The position numbers were made by a program, and so were the translations under genes. Source: Candidatus Spongiisociaceae bacterium (GTDB taxonomy: Bacteria > Actinomycetota > Acidimicrobiia > Spongiisociales > Spongiisociaceae). From it: a DNA stretch of 64,000 nucleotides. The stretch is from positions 512,001 to 576,000 of the forward strand of contig OZ253564.1 of the NCBI GenBank assembly GCA_965262915.1. Reading direction: 5' to 3'. Below are positions 32,737 to 41,462 of the stretch, piece by piece. The notes below the pieces were generated by a model that searched no databases, was not told the DNA's origin, and saw only the letters and a program-made list of their open reading frames with translations. The first letter of the stretch is position 1, and every line of letters begins with the position of its first letter.

Positions 32737-33969
32737 CTATGTTTTGCAAATCGGTTGTTGGGTGAGCCAGTGTTGGTATCGGGTAGCGAGGTGGTGGTTG
32801 TGGTGGAGGCCTCGTTCGAGTTGTGATAGGACGGTGGGCTGCGTGTCGAGGTGGTGGGCGGCGCGGGTGAGGGTGATTCGGGCTTGGGTTCGGCGGTGGC
32901 GTAGGTCGGTTCCGTGGGGTGTTGGGGGCGGGTCGGTGAGGAGGTGGTATATCTCGCGGGCGATGTGGCGTTTCAGGCAGCGGATTATTTCGGTGTGGGT
33001 TTTTCCTTCCGCTTCGCGTCTGGTGACATATTCTTTGGTGGCAGCGTCGGTGCGCATTCGGTTGGTAGCGATCCGCCATAGCGCGTTGTTTGCTTGGCGG
33101 TTGCCGCCTCGGTTGAGACGGTGCCGCACTATCCGTCCCGATGATGCGGCTACGGGGCTGACACCGCAGAGGGCCGCGAAGGCTGCTTCTGAGTTCATAC
33201 GTCGTGGGTTGTCACCAGCAGCGACCAGCAGAGCAGCGGCGGTGTCGGGTCCTACTCCGTAGGCGGCCAGCAACGCAGGGTTGGCCCGTGCGCAGAGACC
33301 GCGGATCTGTTTGTCGACCTGTGTGATCTCGGTGTCTAGATTCTGGTATCGGCGGGCTAGAAGCCGCAGTGCCCGCTTGGCGTATGCCGCAGTGGTCTGC
33401 GCTGTGCCCGGACGGAAGCGGGCACAGACCTTGACCTGTGTCCGGGTCGGGAGATCCCGGAGTTGGTGTTTGACCTGCTCAGGAGCGGTTACTACCAGAG
33501 CGTGCAGCTGGTTGGCGGCCTGGGTGCGGGCTTTGACCGCGGAGCGGCGAACTACCCGCAGCATCCTGGTGGCTTCTACCGGTCCGTCGCCCGTCTTGGG
33601 TAGGGCGGTCGCTTCACCGTTGAGAGCAGCCCGGGCTGCTGCTTCGGCGTCGGTGGTGTCATCCTTGCCCCGCCGCCGGCGAAGCTGGCGGTTGGGACGG
33701 TTCACCTCCACCACACCGATACCCGCCTCGGCAAGATGACGTGTGAGCCCAGCGCCGTAGCTGCCCGTTCCTTCCACCCCGACCCGTGTGATCCGACCCC
33801 ACGACTCCATCCAGGCGACCAGTTGGGCATAACCGGAGGTATCAGCGCCGAACTGATCGGATCCCAACAGGCGACCCGCGCCATCCACCACCGCCCCAAC
33901 GTGGAAATCCCGATGTGTGTCCACCCCGCCAACCACACCTACCCCATCGGCCCTAACTTGCTCCGCCAT
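32737..33969 (-). CDS. IS110 family recombinase with C-terminal XRE-like HTH
   Basis: Identical to 30167-31399. Confidence 0.95.
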   Translation of the reverse strand: MAEQVRADGVGVVGGVDTHRDFHVGAVVDGAGRLLGSDQFGADTSGYAQLVAWMESWGRITRVGVEGTGSYGAGLTRHLAEAGIGVVEVNRPNRQLRRRRGKDDTTDAEAAARAALNGEATALPKTGDGPVEATRMLRVVRRSAVKARTQAANQLHALVVTAPEQVKHQLRDLPTRTQVKVCARFRPGTAQTTAAYAKRALRLLARRYQNLDTEITQVDKQIRGLCARANPALLAAYGVGPDTAAALLVAAGDNPRRMNSEAAFAALCGVSPVAASSGRIVRHRLNRGGNRQANNALWRIATNRMRTDAATKEYVTRREAEGKTHTEIIRCLKRHIAREIYHLLTDPPPTPHGTDLRHRRTQARITLTRAAHHLDTQPTVLSQLERGLHHNHHLATRYQHWLTQQPICKT

Positions 33970-34000
33970 GTGCTCGCCTTTCGTCGGCTGCCTAGAATCC

Positions 34001-34181
34001 AACCCCCGGAGCCGGGCAGAGCGGCGGACAGAACACTCACGGTGGAGAAGTCGAAGGCTCCTATCAAGTCACCCCGCTCCCCGGTTCAGGGTTCCTAGCC
34101 GGGGCCAGGTCGACAGATCGTGGGAAAGGCACCAAAGGCCAGTTTTCGCGTGAGTCAGACCCGGCCCCAACCGGAAACCCT
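34001..34181 (-). ncRNA. IS110 bridge RNA (copy 2)
   Basis: Mirror of 29955-30135. Confidence 0.75.
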
Positions 34182-34218
34182 ATAAGTATGAGTGTTTTCG
34201 CGCAGCCTCAGAAGGTTT

Positions 34219-34818
34219 CTACGGGAGCGGTTCGATGTCCTCCACCTCGTACCGGCCGTACTGTCCCGATTTTTCGGGTCGCCAGTCCCCAACCCCGACC
34301 CGGCGTCCCCCAATGTCCAACCATCGCAGCAGCTGGTCGCGGTCTACGAGTTCGGGGTCTACCTCGACGAGGATCGTGGCTGCCCACTGGTCGAACCGGG
34401 CCCGGGTACGCAACAGACGGCTCCCCCCGACTCTCACCCCGGTGGTGAACTGGCAGCTGCGGGCCAGCTCCTCGGCGGTGGTGCCCGGGCTCCGGTCGTG
34501 GTGGAAGCGCTCCACTGCTTCCACCACCAGCCCTTCCCGAACTTTGGGGCCGTGCCGCAACCCCCAAGGAGAGGGACGCCGCCTCATGAGGGCTGTGCCG
34601 CAGCTGCGTGTGCCAGTCACAAGGCGAAACTGAACACAGCCTCCCTCCACTACCAGCCGGAACGCCCACCGAGAGACAAAGCACGACGGATCAGAGCAAA
34701 AGCCATCCCACAAATCAGCGACGAACTCGCCCGAGCTGGCGGAACCGTCGAAGGCATGGGAACCCATCAACGCCAAAGACCGCCGACAACCCGTCCCCGA
34801 ACGTGGCATCACCCACAC
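34219..34818 (-). CDS. RAMP/Cas7-like Gly-loop protein of phage/MGE type; only the C-terminal ~120 aa look genuine (probably 5'-truncated)
   Basis: RTRARFDQW..VDPELVDRDQLLRWLDIGGRRVGVGDWRPEKSGQYGRYEV; originally directly upstream of the GGC-NN array. Confidence 0.6.
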   Translation of the reverse strand: MWVMPRSGTGCRRSLALMGSHAFDGSASSGEFVADLWDGFCSDPSCFVSRWAFRLVVEGGCVQFRLVTGTRSCGTALMRRRPSPWGLRHGPKVREGLVVEAVERFHHDRSPGTTAEELARSCQFTTGVRVGGSRLLRTRARFDQWAATILVEVDPELVDRDQLLRWLDIGGRRVGVGDWRPEKSGQYGRYEVEDIEPLP

Positions 34819-35104
34819 GTCGGCTTAAAACCAGGCTCGGGAAGAACCTCCGATACGGGACGGGTACCGGTCCGCCCGCGGCTTCCTAGCGTAGGAGGTC
34901 TGTACTCCCTCGAGTTCTGCACTCCCGGCGTCCTCGAGGAGATCGGTCGTGTGCCGATATTGGGTGACCACGAGGTCGGCCGCAACAGCGATACTGCCCA
35001 CCGAGATCAGGGCTACGTTCTCAGCGAACCATCAACGGCGAGACCTCAACCCGTTCGATATGCGGTGTCAAACACAAGATGCGTGCGCAGGAGCCGCTGC
35101 GTCA

Positions 35105-36334
35105 TCATTCGAGAGCGGCGGCCCACCGGGACAGATGATCCAACGGAATCCGGACATTGCCGGGTATTCGTCTCCGAGCCCTGGTGGCTCGCGCCTCGTC
35201 CTCGCGCATTGCATCCCGTAACTGTGAACTCTCGTTCTCTTCCGATAGCTGCATTTCCCATGCGCGTGCGAGAGCGAAGTGCCGTTTCAATTGGTGATAG
35301 TCAAGCTCGTTGGGGCGTCTAGCGCCCCCGCCGCACACACTACACTCACACGCAAACGCTCGGTCCACTTCCACCAACGAGGTGGCTGCAGCTGTTGGCA
35401 TATAAGCGTGCAGCTTCCGCACATAATATCGAGCAGGTGCAGCACCAGTAGCATCTAGTGTCGGCCAGTCTCGTGACTCGCTATATCCCAATCCGTTATT
35501 AAACCCAGCTAGCCCAACCTTACCCAAGAGTATGCTGAAGTATCCACCGTAGAGGTTCATAAGTTTACGGTTCCCACTCAGTACAGATATCGTCGCTCTA
35601 AGTGAACGAAGATCAGCTACAGACCTCGTACGCTCATCGAATCCTGGTACCCAGAAGAAGATCCTGGAGGAGAGATGATCTGGGACGCAGAGAATTGCTT
35701 CTTCAAGCATCGACAACTCGGTGATCGCAACGACAGGTGAGATTTCATTTGGACGATCAAGACGTTGAGCTGAAGCCCAGAGCCGTTGTGTCACCTCCCA
35801 CCAATCGCTTGATCTGGTTCTAGCCGCGAAGTACGGGCACAACAAGTATGTCGGGCTCTTCGCATCGCTTTCGGATTCCACGTTGCCAGACCCACCTTGG
35901 GCACGATCTAACAGGGACTTATAGCGGTTCAACTTCTCAGCTATATGTTCGGCTCTACCACCGTAGTCGCGTTGAAAGCTGATCATCGATGAGACTACTT
36001 CGTCGCATACGTCAGAGGAATAAAACTCGGCCGGGAACCGGACGCCCTGACCTTCTTGCTCTGACGGTCGACCGAGTCTCTCTACCACCGATTGACCCAT
36101 CGTAGATGCAAGGGTGTAGTGTGAGGCACGCGGATCTCTGATAACCTCCTGGAAGAGAGGGGTTCGCGGCTCAATGAAGTAGTCAAGTCCTGACGACAGC
36201 ACGAAGCCCGCAGTCGCGTCCTGATAATACGAAGCGATCGTAGACGGAACACTCATCACGTCAAAGCAGCGTCGGACTTCTAGATTACGAAAACTAGCTT
36301 GATCTGAGTTCCCGTAGGCGAGGCAATGGAGCAT
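35105..36334 (-). CDS. Hypothetical protein, possibly TIM-barrel/TGT-like, with C-terminal CxCxxC..H Zn site
   Basis: 409-aa ORF, lower GC, CECSVC..KRH; start overlaps the upstream stop. Confidence 0.7.
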   Translation of the reverse strand: MLHCLAYGNSDQASFRNLEVRRCFDVMSVPSTIASYYQDATAGFVLSSGLDYFIEPRTPLFQEVIRDPRASHYTLASTMGQSVVERLGRPSEQEGQGVRFPAEFYSSDVCDEVVSSMISFQRDYGGRAEHIAEKLNRYKSLLDRAQGGSGNVESESDAKSPTYLLCPYFAARTRSSDWWEVTQRLWASAQRLDRPNEISPVVAITELSMLEEAILCVPDHLSSRIFFWVPGFDERTRSVADLRSLRATISVLSGNRKLMNLYGGYFSILLGKVGLAGFNNGLGYSESRDWPTLDATGAAPARYYVRKLHAYMPTAAATSLVEVDRAFACECSVCGGGARRPNELDYHQLKRHFALARAWEMQLSEENESSQLRDAMREDEARATRARRRIPGNVRIPLDHLSRWAAALE

Positions 36335-36756
36335 CAGACGGATGCTCCCATACTCGCTTCCTCCATATTGGAGTTCACGAGTCGATCACGGATCCGTGTG
36401 ACCGGTGGCGTTCGGATTGCTTGCTGAACTATGCACGTTCTTTCAGTGTCGACGGAGACAACGCCGATCCGATACCGCGCTGCTTCACTCAGCCTCTCTG
36501 GGGTCACCTGGTGCACAAGGATCGCTACGTAGACGTAGTCTACACAGTATTGGTGCAAGAAGGCCTGCGCCAATAGGCGCCCCCAGTGTGAGAGCTTGGC
36601 CTCCACGGCAAAGAGCGCTGACGGTGTTTTTACCAAGATGTCCATCCGTGCTTGATCATGGCAGCGTACCTCTACATGACTGCTAGCCTCTGCTCCCCAT
36701 AGCTCGGCAACATCTCGTCGAAGGTCGGCAACCATCTCAGCCTCAGAATTGTACAT
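36334..36756 (-). CDS. Small PD-(D/E)xK nuclease-like protein
   Basis: EV..MDILV..AVEAKL..W..LAQA..DYVYVA. Confidence 0.7.
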   Translation of the reverse strand: MYNSEAEMVADLRRDVAELWGAEASSHVEVRCHDQARMDILVKTPSALFAVEAKLSHWGRLLAQAFLHQYCVDYVYVAILVHQVTPERLSEAARYRIGVVSVDTERTCIVQQAIRTPPVTRIRDRLVNSNMEEASMGASV

Positions 36757-37343
36757 TAGCTTGTCTCCGGTCCGTGCCGGACGAGGGCAGTCAGGCGCCG
36801 CTCAGTTAAGCGAGCGTAGATGAGCAGTATGCTGTATCCCATGGCAGCAACAATGGTCGCTGCAAACAGCGCCCAAGAGCCCTTCGATAGAGTGACTCCG
36901 TCGTTCCGGAGCGCAATCACCAACGGCACTATGAATCCTAGGAAACACAAGCCGCCAACGATAGAACATAGTCGTCGTGCCCGTCTCAGCTGACTTGAAC
37001 GCCTATATAGAGTGTCGAACTCGAATACGTTGAAGTGGTACGCAGCGATAGCGTCCAGAACTTCCGGTTTGTCAAAGGTGTATTTTAGTTCCGTCTCCAA
37101 ACGGTCTTCCTCGCTTTGCTGAAGGTATAATCGCCTGATGGGGATCATATGCGTGTACAGCAGCCTGATCATTTGTGATCCTATGCTGTTCCGGAGCATT
37201 CGTACCTGCTCGTTTAAGCTATTACCTCCTGCCTTCGTATCGCGGCGATCGTGTCGCCACATAAGCGTGACACTGATCACTGCAACAGCGGCGATAACGA
37301 TATCGTAGACGGTCTGCCAATAATTAGGCATAGCCTGCGACAA
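36756..37343 (-). CDS. Membrane protein (about 3 TM)
   Basis: One N-terminal and two C-terminal hydrophobic helices; coupled to neighbours. Confidence 0.7.
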   Translation of the reverse strand: MSQAMPNYWQTVYDIVIAAVAVISVTLMWRHDRRDTKAGGNSLNEQVRMLRNSIGSQMIRLLYTHMIPIRRLYLQQSEEDRLETELKYTFDKPEVLDAIAAYHFNVFEFDTLYRRSSQLRRARRLCSIVGGLCFLGFIVPLVIALRNDGVTLSKGSWALFAATIVAAMGYSILLIYARLTERRLTALVRHGPETS

Positions 37344-37349
37344 GCCTCA

Positions 37350-37889
37350 CTAGTCGGAGTGAACTATCTTGTCACGAATAACGGATCTGACTGCATAGTC
37401 AGGATACTTAGTGTATACATAATAGATCAGAGTCTGCAGAGGCAGGCCGGCATAAGTGTCCTTGATTCGTCTGATCTCAGCCTCAAGCTGAGGACGATTA
37501 CGAAACAAATAACGAGCGATACTTTTACCATCGTCGGTGAGTATGAACTGGCGCTCGTAGGATATTTCTGTCGCCATACCTGAGTAAAGCAATTCTTCAG
37601 CACGATCAAGTTCTGAATCAGTGAAGTTCCGCTGCTCCTCTATTAGGCCAGCCTCCTCTAGGAGTTCGACGGCCTCGTATACCTCTTTGGAGTAAGGCCC
37701 GTAGTGATAAGGCACAAAATCGAAGGTCTCATCGAGAGCTTCCCCATAGTTGCATTCTTTGTCTACGAGGAACAAGAGTTTCTCGAGGCGCGTGATTCCG
37801 TTGATTCGATTGGTAGCTTGTTCCCAACGAGTTGAAGTTGCCAGTAGCAAAAGCACCAGATCTGGAGCTATCAGCGGTTCGTTCTCCAC
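37350..37889 (-). CDS. SocA/Panacea (DUF4065)-like winged-helix protein
   Basis: GITRLEKLLFL, FVPYHYGPYSKEVY..L..GLI, YVYTKYP. Confidence 0.75.
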   Translation of the reverse strand: MENEPLIAPDLVLLLLATSTRWEQATNRINGITRLEKLLFLVDKECNYGEALDETFDFVPYHYGPYSKEVYEAVELLEEAGLIEEQRNFTDSELDRAEELLYSGMATEISYERQFILTDDGKSIARYLFRNRPQLEAEIRRIKDTYAGLPLQTLIYYVYTKYPDYAVRSVIRDKIVHSD

Positions 37890-38792
37890 AAGACGCTCCT
37901 ATCGTGACTAGGCTGCGGACTCAACCGAATGGTCGACTCGTGCTCGCTATACAGTACCTCGCAGGGACGCTCCGTATCCGTACGAGGTGCTAGACGGAGT
38001 TTACTCAAACGAGGTCCCGATCCGGGTCGGTTCTGACTTCCAGATATGTGAAGGAGTGGGGGAGTGTCCCCTCTCGAATGTCGTCCGTATCGATGGTCGG
38101 GGGAGGAGTTGATCAGCGAATGGTGGTACGAAGAGTGGGACTTCACCACTCGGCTGCCGCCTACCACAGCCGATTACCTGACTGTTCACCCCTGTTCGGC
38201 AACGGAGGATTCCTCCGCTGGGAGGGTTCAGGACGTGGCGGGGAGGAAGCAGACCAGGTTTCTCACGACAACTAGCACCATAGCTCCCCATCGAGGTCCT
38301 CGCGGGGTGGGTGATGATCCCGGACTCGGCGTGGAGCTGTCCGTCGGCGTCTACGGTGACGGCCGGGGCCGGGCCGCCGTCTACTACCTCGATGTGTCCG
38401 TTCTGGTCGATGCGGAACAGTACGCTCACGGCCATGCTCATTCCCCTTCCGTGCCGGTGGGTCTGAGGGTACCGGGAGGGTGTGACAGAACGGCCGACGG
38501 GGGCGTTGCGCACGTTGGGTCCTTCGTCATCGGACGGGTTCGTGCCGCATCGGGCGAGCGTTTGCCCGGATGGGGTTCCTTGGTAGGTTCGGCCCGGCGC
38601 GAGTACGTGGCCGCCACCGTCTAACAGGCAACCACACGGGGCGCAGAGCACTGCGTTATCACGTTTCGCCCCGGCTGCGCCTGCTAACAGCAGCGATCAG
38701 ATTGCCATCACTGGACCGCTCCGGTGGATAGTCCTGATCTTAGGGAGGCTTGAGTGGTCGGGTGGGTTCTGGGTTGGTGGGTGAGGGCTCTC

Positions 38793-38806
38793 TGAACCGT
38801 ACCGGG
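38793..38806. mobile_element. Isolated IS3-type IR
   Basis: TGAACCGTACCGGG identical to the IS3 ends at 26659/24812/28784. Confidence 0.5.
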
Positions 38807-38914
38807 TCATTCACACCATCCAGGTTCAACAACCGAAACCCTCAACAACGACCACGAAGGCAAACAGCGATCGCTGGCCCCTCCCCTGCTAAACGAAGTA
38901 CGGCCGGTCCAGCA

Positions 38915-39071
38915 TGGCAGCGGCGATGGTGCTGTCGGAGAAAATGTCTCCCCAGGAGGCGACGCTGCGGTTGGTGGTCAGGATTATGGAGCCTTTCTGG
39001 TAGCGGCGGGAGATGACCTGGAAGAGGGAGGCGGCGTCTTCGGCGGGCATGGGCAGATAGCCGAGTTCGTC
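38915..39071 (-). pseudogene. istB: IS21 helper ATPase fragment
   Basis: DELGYLPMPAEDAASLFQVISRRYQKGSIILTTNRS. Confidence 0.8.
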
Positions 39072-39176
39072 GGCCTGGTATGTTGATAAGGGGGCAGGAT
39101 GGTCGTCCCTGGTCGACTGTGGGTCGGATTGTGGGACAGAGCGGCTAGAATAGCCGTTTATACTGGGGTTTTACCC

Positions 39177-39223
39177 TCCCTGATAAGGATGAGGTCCCTG
39201 GTTCAAATCCAGGTGGGCCCACC
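39177..39223 (+). other. 3' half of tRNA-Ile(GAT); probable att site of the island
   Basis: CTGATAA anticodon loop, CCTGG-TTCAAAT-CCAGG T-arm, TGGGCCCACC; no D-arm or 5' acceptor strand upstream. Confidence 0.8.
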
Positions 39224-39346
39224 CGGACGGTGTTATCCACGCCGGGCGTCGAACCTGGCTCCGTTGGGTTGGAGCACCGCTGCCGTGACGTCAGGCATGT
39301 GTCACCGTCTGCGATCACCAAGTACTGTCGCTTGAAGGAGCGCCGC

Positions 39347-39766
39347 ATGACCGCATCGGGCAGCAGCGAACGGATGATCACGTTGGAGGACTTCCACCAT
39401 TCCCTCGATGACGAGACCACCGTGAAGGCGAAGCCGTCAGACACGGTCGACGAGGTGGAAATGCGGATGGACAGTCACAACATCGATCAGGTCCCGGTCG
39501 TCGATCCGAAGTCAGAACTGATGGTACTGACCCGTAGGATGATCTCGAGAGTGCCTCCGATAGAGAGGACTGCCATGCGGGTTTCCCAGGTGCCGGACAT
39601 CGACCAAATGCCGTGGGCGTGGCCCGCCTCCACACTGCTGCCCGACGCGGCGCCGGATCTCGTCGAGCACGACTGGGTCATCACCACCGACGAGGATGAC
39701 AAGCCGGTAGGGCTGGCAACGGTAGGTGATGCCCTCAAGGAGGCCTTGTCTCGCCTTAACGGTTGA
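39347..39766 (+). CDS. CBS domain protein
   Basis: RBS AAGGAG; M..HNIDQVPVVD, DKPVGLATVGD. Confidence 0.7.
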   Translation: MTASGSSERMITLEDFHHSLDDETTVKAKPSDTVDEVEMRMDSHNIDQVPVVDPKSELMVLTRRMISRVPPIERTAMRVSQVPDIDQMPWAWPASTLLPDAAPDLVEHDWVITTDEDDKPVGLATVGDALKEALSRLNG

Positions 39767-39930
39767 GGAGCCGGCCCCTAACCCACCGCTCCCGTTGATC
39801 TCACCACCGAACATCGGGTACCAACCGGGTTGCTCGCAACACGCTCATCGGCGTGGGCGAACGTGGAGGCACTGCGGGCAGTGGTGTGTAAAGACTTCGG
39901 ATAGCCTCCAGTAGACTCGGCCGCACGCCG

Positions 39931-40326
39931 ATGACTCTCAGGGGAGAAACTGAATTGGTAACCGCGGGGTCTCTTCGAGTGGTGGACTATCCGCCTCCGT
40001 CCGACAAAGCAGTGGATGAAGCAATAACCAAAGCCGTCGCGGGCTATAGGCGAGTATTCGGCGAACGGCTAGCTCAGGTCTGGCTCTTCGGTTCGCGAGC
40101 ACGGGGGGACCATCGACCCGACTCGGATGTTGATCTGTTGGTCGTCCTACATGAGGAAGGCCCGATGCACTCGGAGTCCAAGCTGCTATGTGCCGTCTCG
40201 GGTCCTATCCGTCTGTCCTCCGGCGTGTTCATCGACGGGCATCCGACTACTCTGGCGTGCTTCGAAACAGGCAATGACGATTACCACTACTTCATCAGAC
40301 GCGAAGGGCGGCGAGTAGATGTATGA
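39931..40326 (+). CDS. MNT nucleotidyltransferase antitoxin
   Basis: LFGSRARGD..DSDVDLLVV. Confidence 0.85.
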   Translation: MTLRGETELVTAGSLRVVDYPPPSDKAVDEAITKAVAGYRRVFGERLAQVWLFGSRARGDHRPDSDVDLLVVLHEEGPMHSESKLLCAVSGPIRLSSGVFIDGHPTTLACFETGNDDYHYFIRREGRRVDV

Positions 40327-40700
40327 AGGGGATATCACCTTCCTGATGGAGTACTGCCAACGGGACTTGGGCTACGCGCAGGGTCTGATCGTGAAAGGAG
40401 ATTACGCCAAGAGCATCGGGGAAAGCTATTACGCCGTGTTCTATGCGGCCAAAGCAGGACTGCTTCACCTGGGTATCAGATCAAAGAGCCACCAGAGCGT
40501 ACAGGCGGGGATAGACAGTATCGTTGAGAGAGATTCTGTCTCCTGCCTTGGGAAACGTACCCGCAATACTCTTGAGCATGCGCAACGAGGCGGTCTATCG
40601 CTTTGCAAGACGTGATTGGAATGTGCACGACGCCACCAATTGCTTGACCATGGCAAGAGGATTCGTAGAGGTGATAGAGGCCATCCTTGCTACTTCATAG
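40319..40700 (+). pseudogene. HEPN domain protein, frameshifted near 40530
   Basis: SYYAVFYAAKA..KSH, then RNEAVY..IEAILATS* in another frame. Confidence 0.75.
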
Positions 40701-40842
40701 CTAGTAGGCATCCTGAGGAAGATTGTGTCGAACGGTCATGGAGAGCGCTGCTCGCGGATAACCCGGCGGCACCGTGGCTTCGGTCAGTGCGCGCTATTCG
40801 CGCTCGCGGGCCGTTCGATCACCACACCGGAGCCTACGGCTG

Positions 40843-41427
40843 CTACCGGCTCCGGCCCAACCTCCGGCTGCGCGCCCAGGACAGCGCCACGCTTGAGGTC
40901 ACCGCCATCATCGCTGCCAGGACGTTGAACAGGATGTCCTCGGGATCGAAGACACGGCTGGGAAGGAACGCCTGGACACATTCGTCGATCACTCCGACCA
41001 CGGACGCCGCGACAACGGCGATCAAGGCGGGTATCGGGACGGGGCGACCCTGTTCCACCCGCTCCTTCAGTGCTTCGTGGATGAAGACGGCAACTACTCC
41101 GTATTCGATGAGGTGTGTGCGCTCCTCCGGAAGCGCCATCCGGACGAGCACCATGAAGTACGCGGCCCCGATACCCAGCGCGATGCCTATCTCTGCGGCG
41201 CCCGGCCGCCTCCTCAGCCCCTGGACCAGGACAGTTGCTCCGACGAGGAGCATACCGAGGGCGAATGAGGCTACGAGTACCCCCTCTTCTCGCAGCACCC
41301 CGGACAGAGTTCGCGCCAGGCCCAGAGTCGAGTAGATCGCCACCACGACAGCCAAGGTCCATGCCCAGAGCCGCCGTTCCCGACCCGAGGTGAACATGGA
41401 CGACGAGGACCCCTCGTCGGATGTCAC
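40843..41427 (-). CDS. VanZ-like membrane protein
   Basis: EERTHLIEYG, GVIDECVQAFLPSRVFD..DILFN; start uncertain. Confidence 0.75.
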   Translation of the reverse strand: MTSDEGSSSSMFTSGRERRLWAWTLAVVVAIYSTLGLARTLSGVLREEGVLVASFALGMLLVGATVLVQGLRRRPGAAEIGIALGIGAAYFMVLVRMALPEERTHLIEYGVVAVFIHEALKERVEQGRPVPIPALIAVVAASVVGVIDECVQAFLPSRVFDPEDILFNVLAAMMAVTSSVALSWARSRRLGRSR

Positions 41428-41462
41428 CGGGGTATCTCCTCAGTGTTGCGCCTGGCTCTCAG

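Larger units (their letters stand above)
32730..34193 (-). mobile_element. IS110 family element (copy 2, inverted)
   Basis: Reverse complement of copy 1; identical translated protein. Confidence 0.9.
29927..34209 (+). mobile_element. ISL3 element with an IS110 inserted in each terminal IR
   Basis: 8-bp target duplication AGAAGGTT (29919-29926, 34210-34217); reconstructed IRs GGCCCTGCGCGAAAACGTGGGTT / GAGGCTGCGCGAAAACGTGGGTT. Confidence 0.9.

Noticed and set aside
29943-34193. Classical composite transposon of two IS110 carrying an ISL3 transposase
   Set aside because: The 8-bp TSD and split IRs show ISL3 is the outer element and the IS110s are insertions in its ends
34192-35322. 376-aa plus-strand ORF
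   Set aside because: Starts inside the IS110/ISL3 end, has no recognisable motif and is antisense to the Gly-loop gene
38001-38651. Overlapping ORFs of 186-216 aa on both strands
   Set aside because: No motifs, and I cannot decide which if any is real; likely debris
39145-39223. Complete tRNA-Ile gene
   Set aside because: No D-arm and no 5' strand to pair with the acceptor stem; kept only as an att-like fragment
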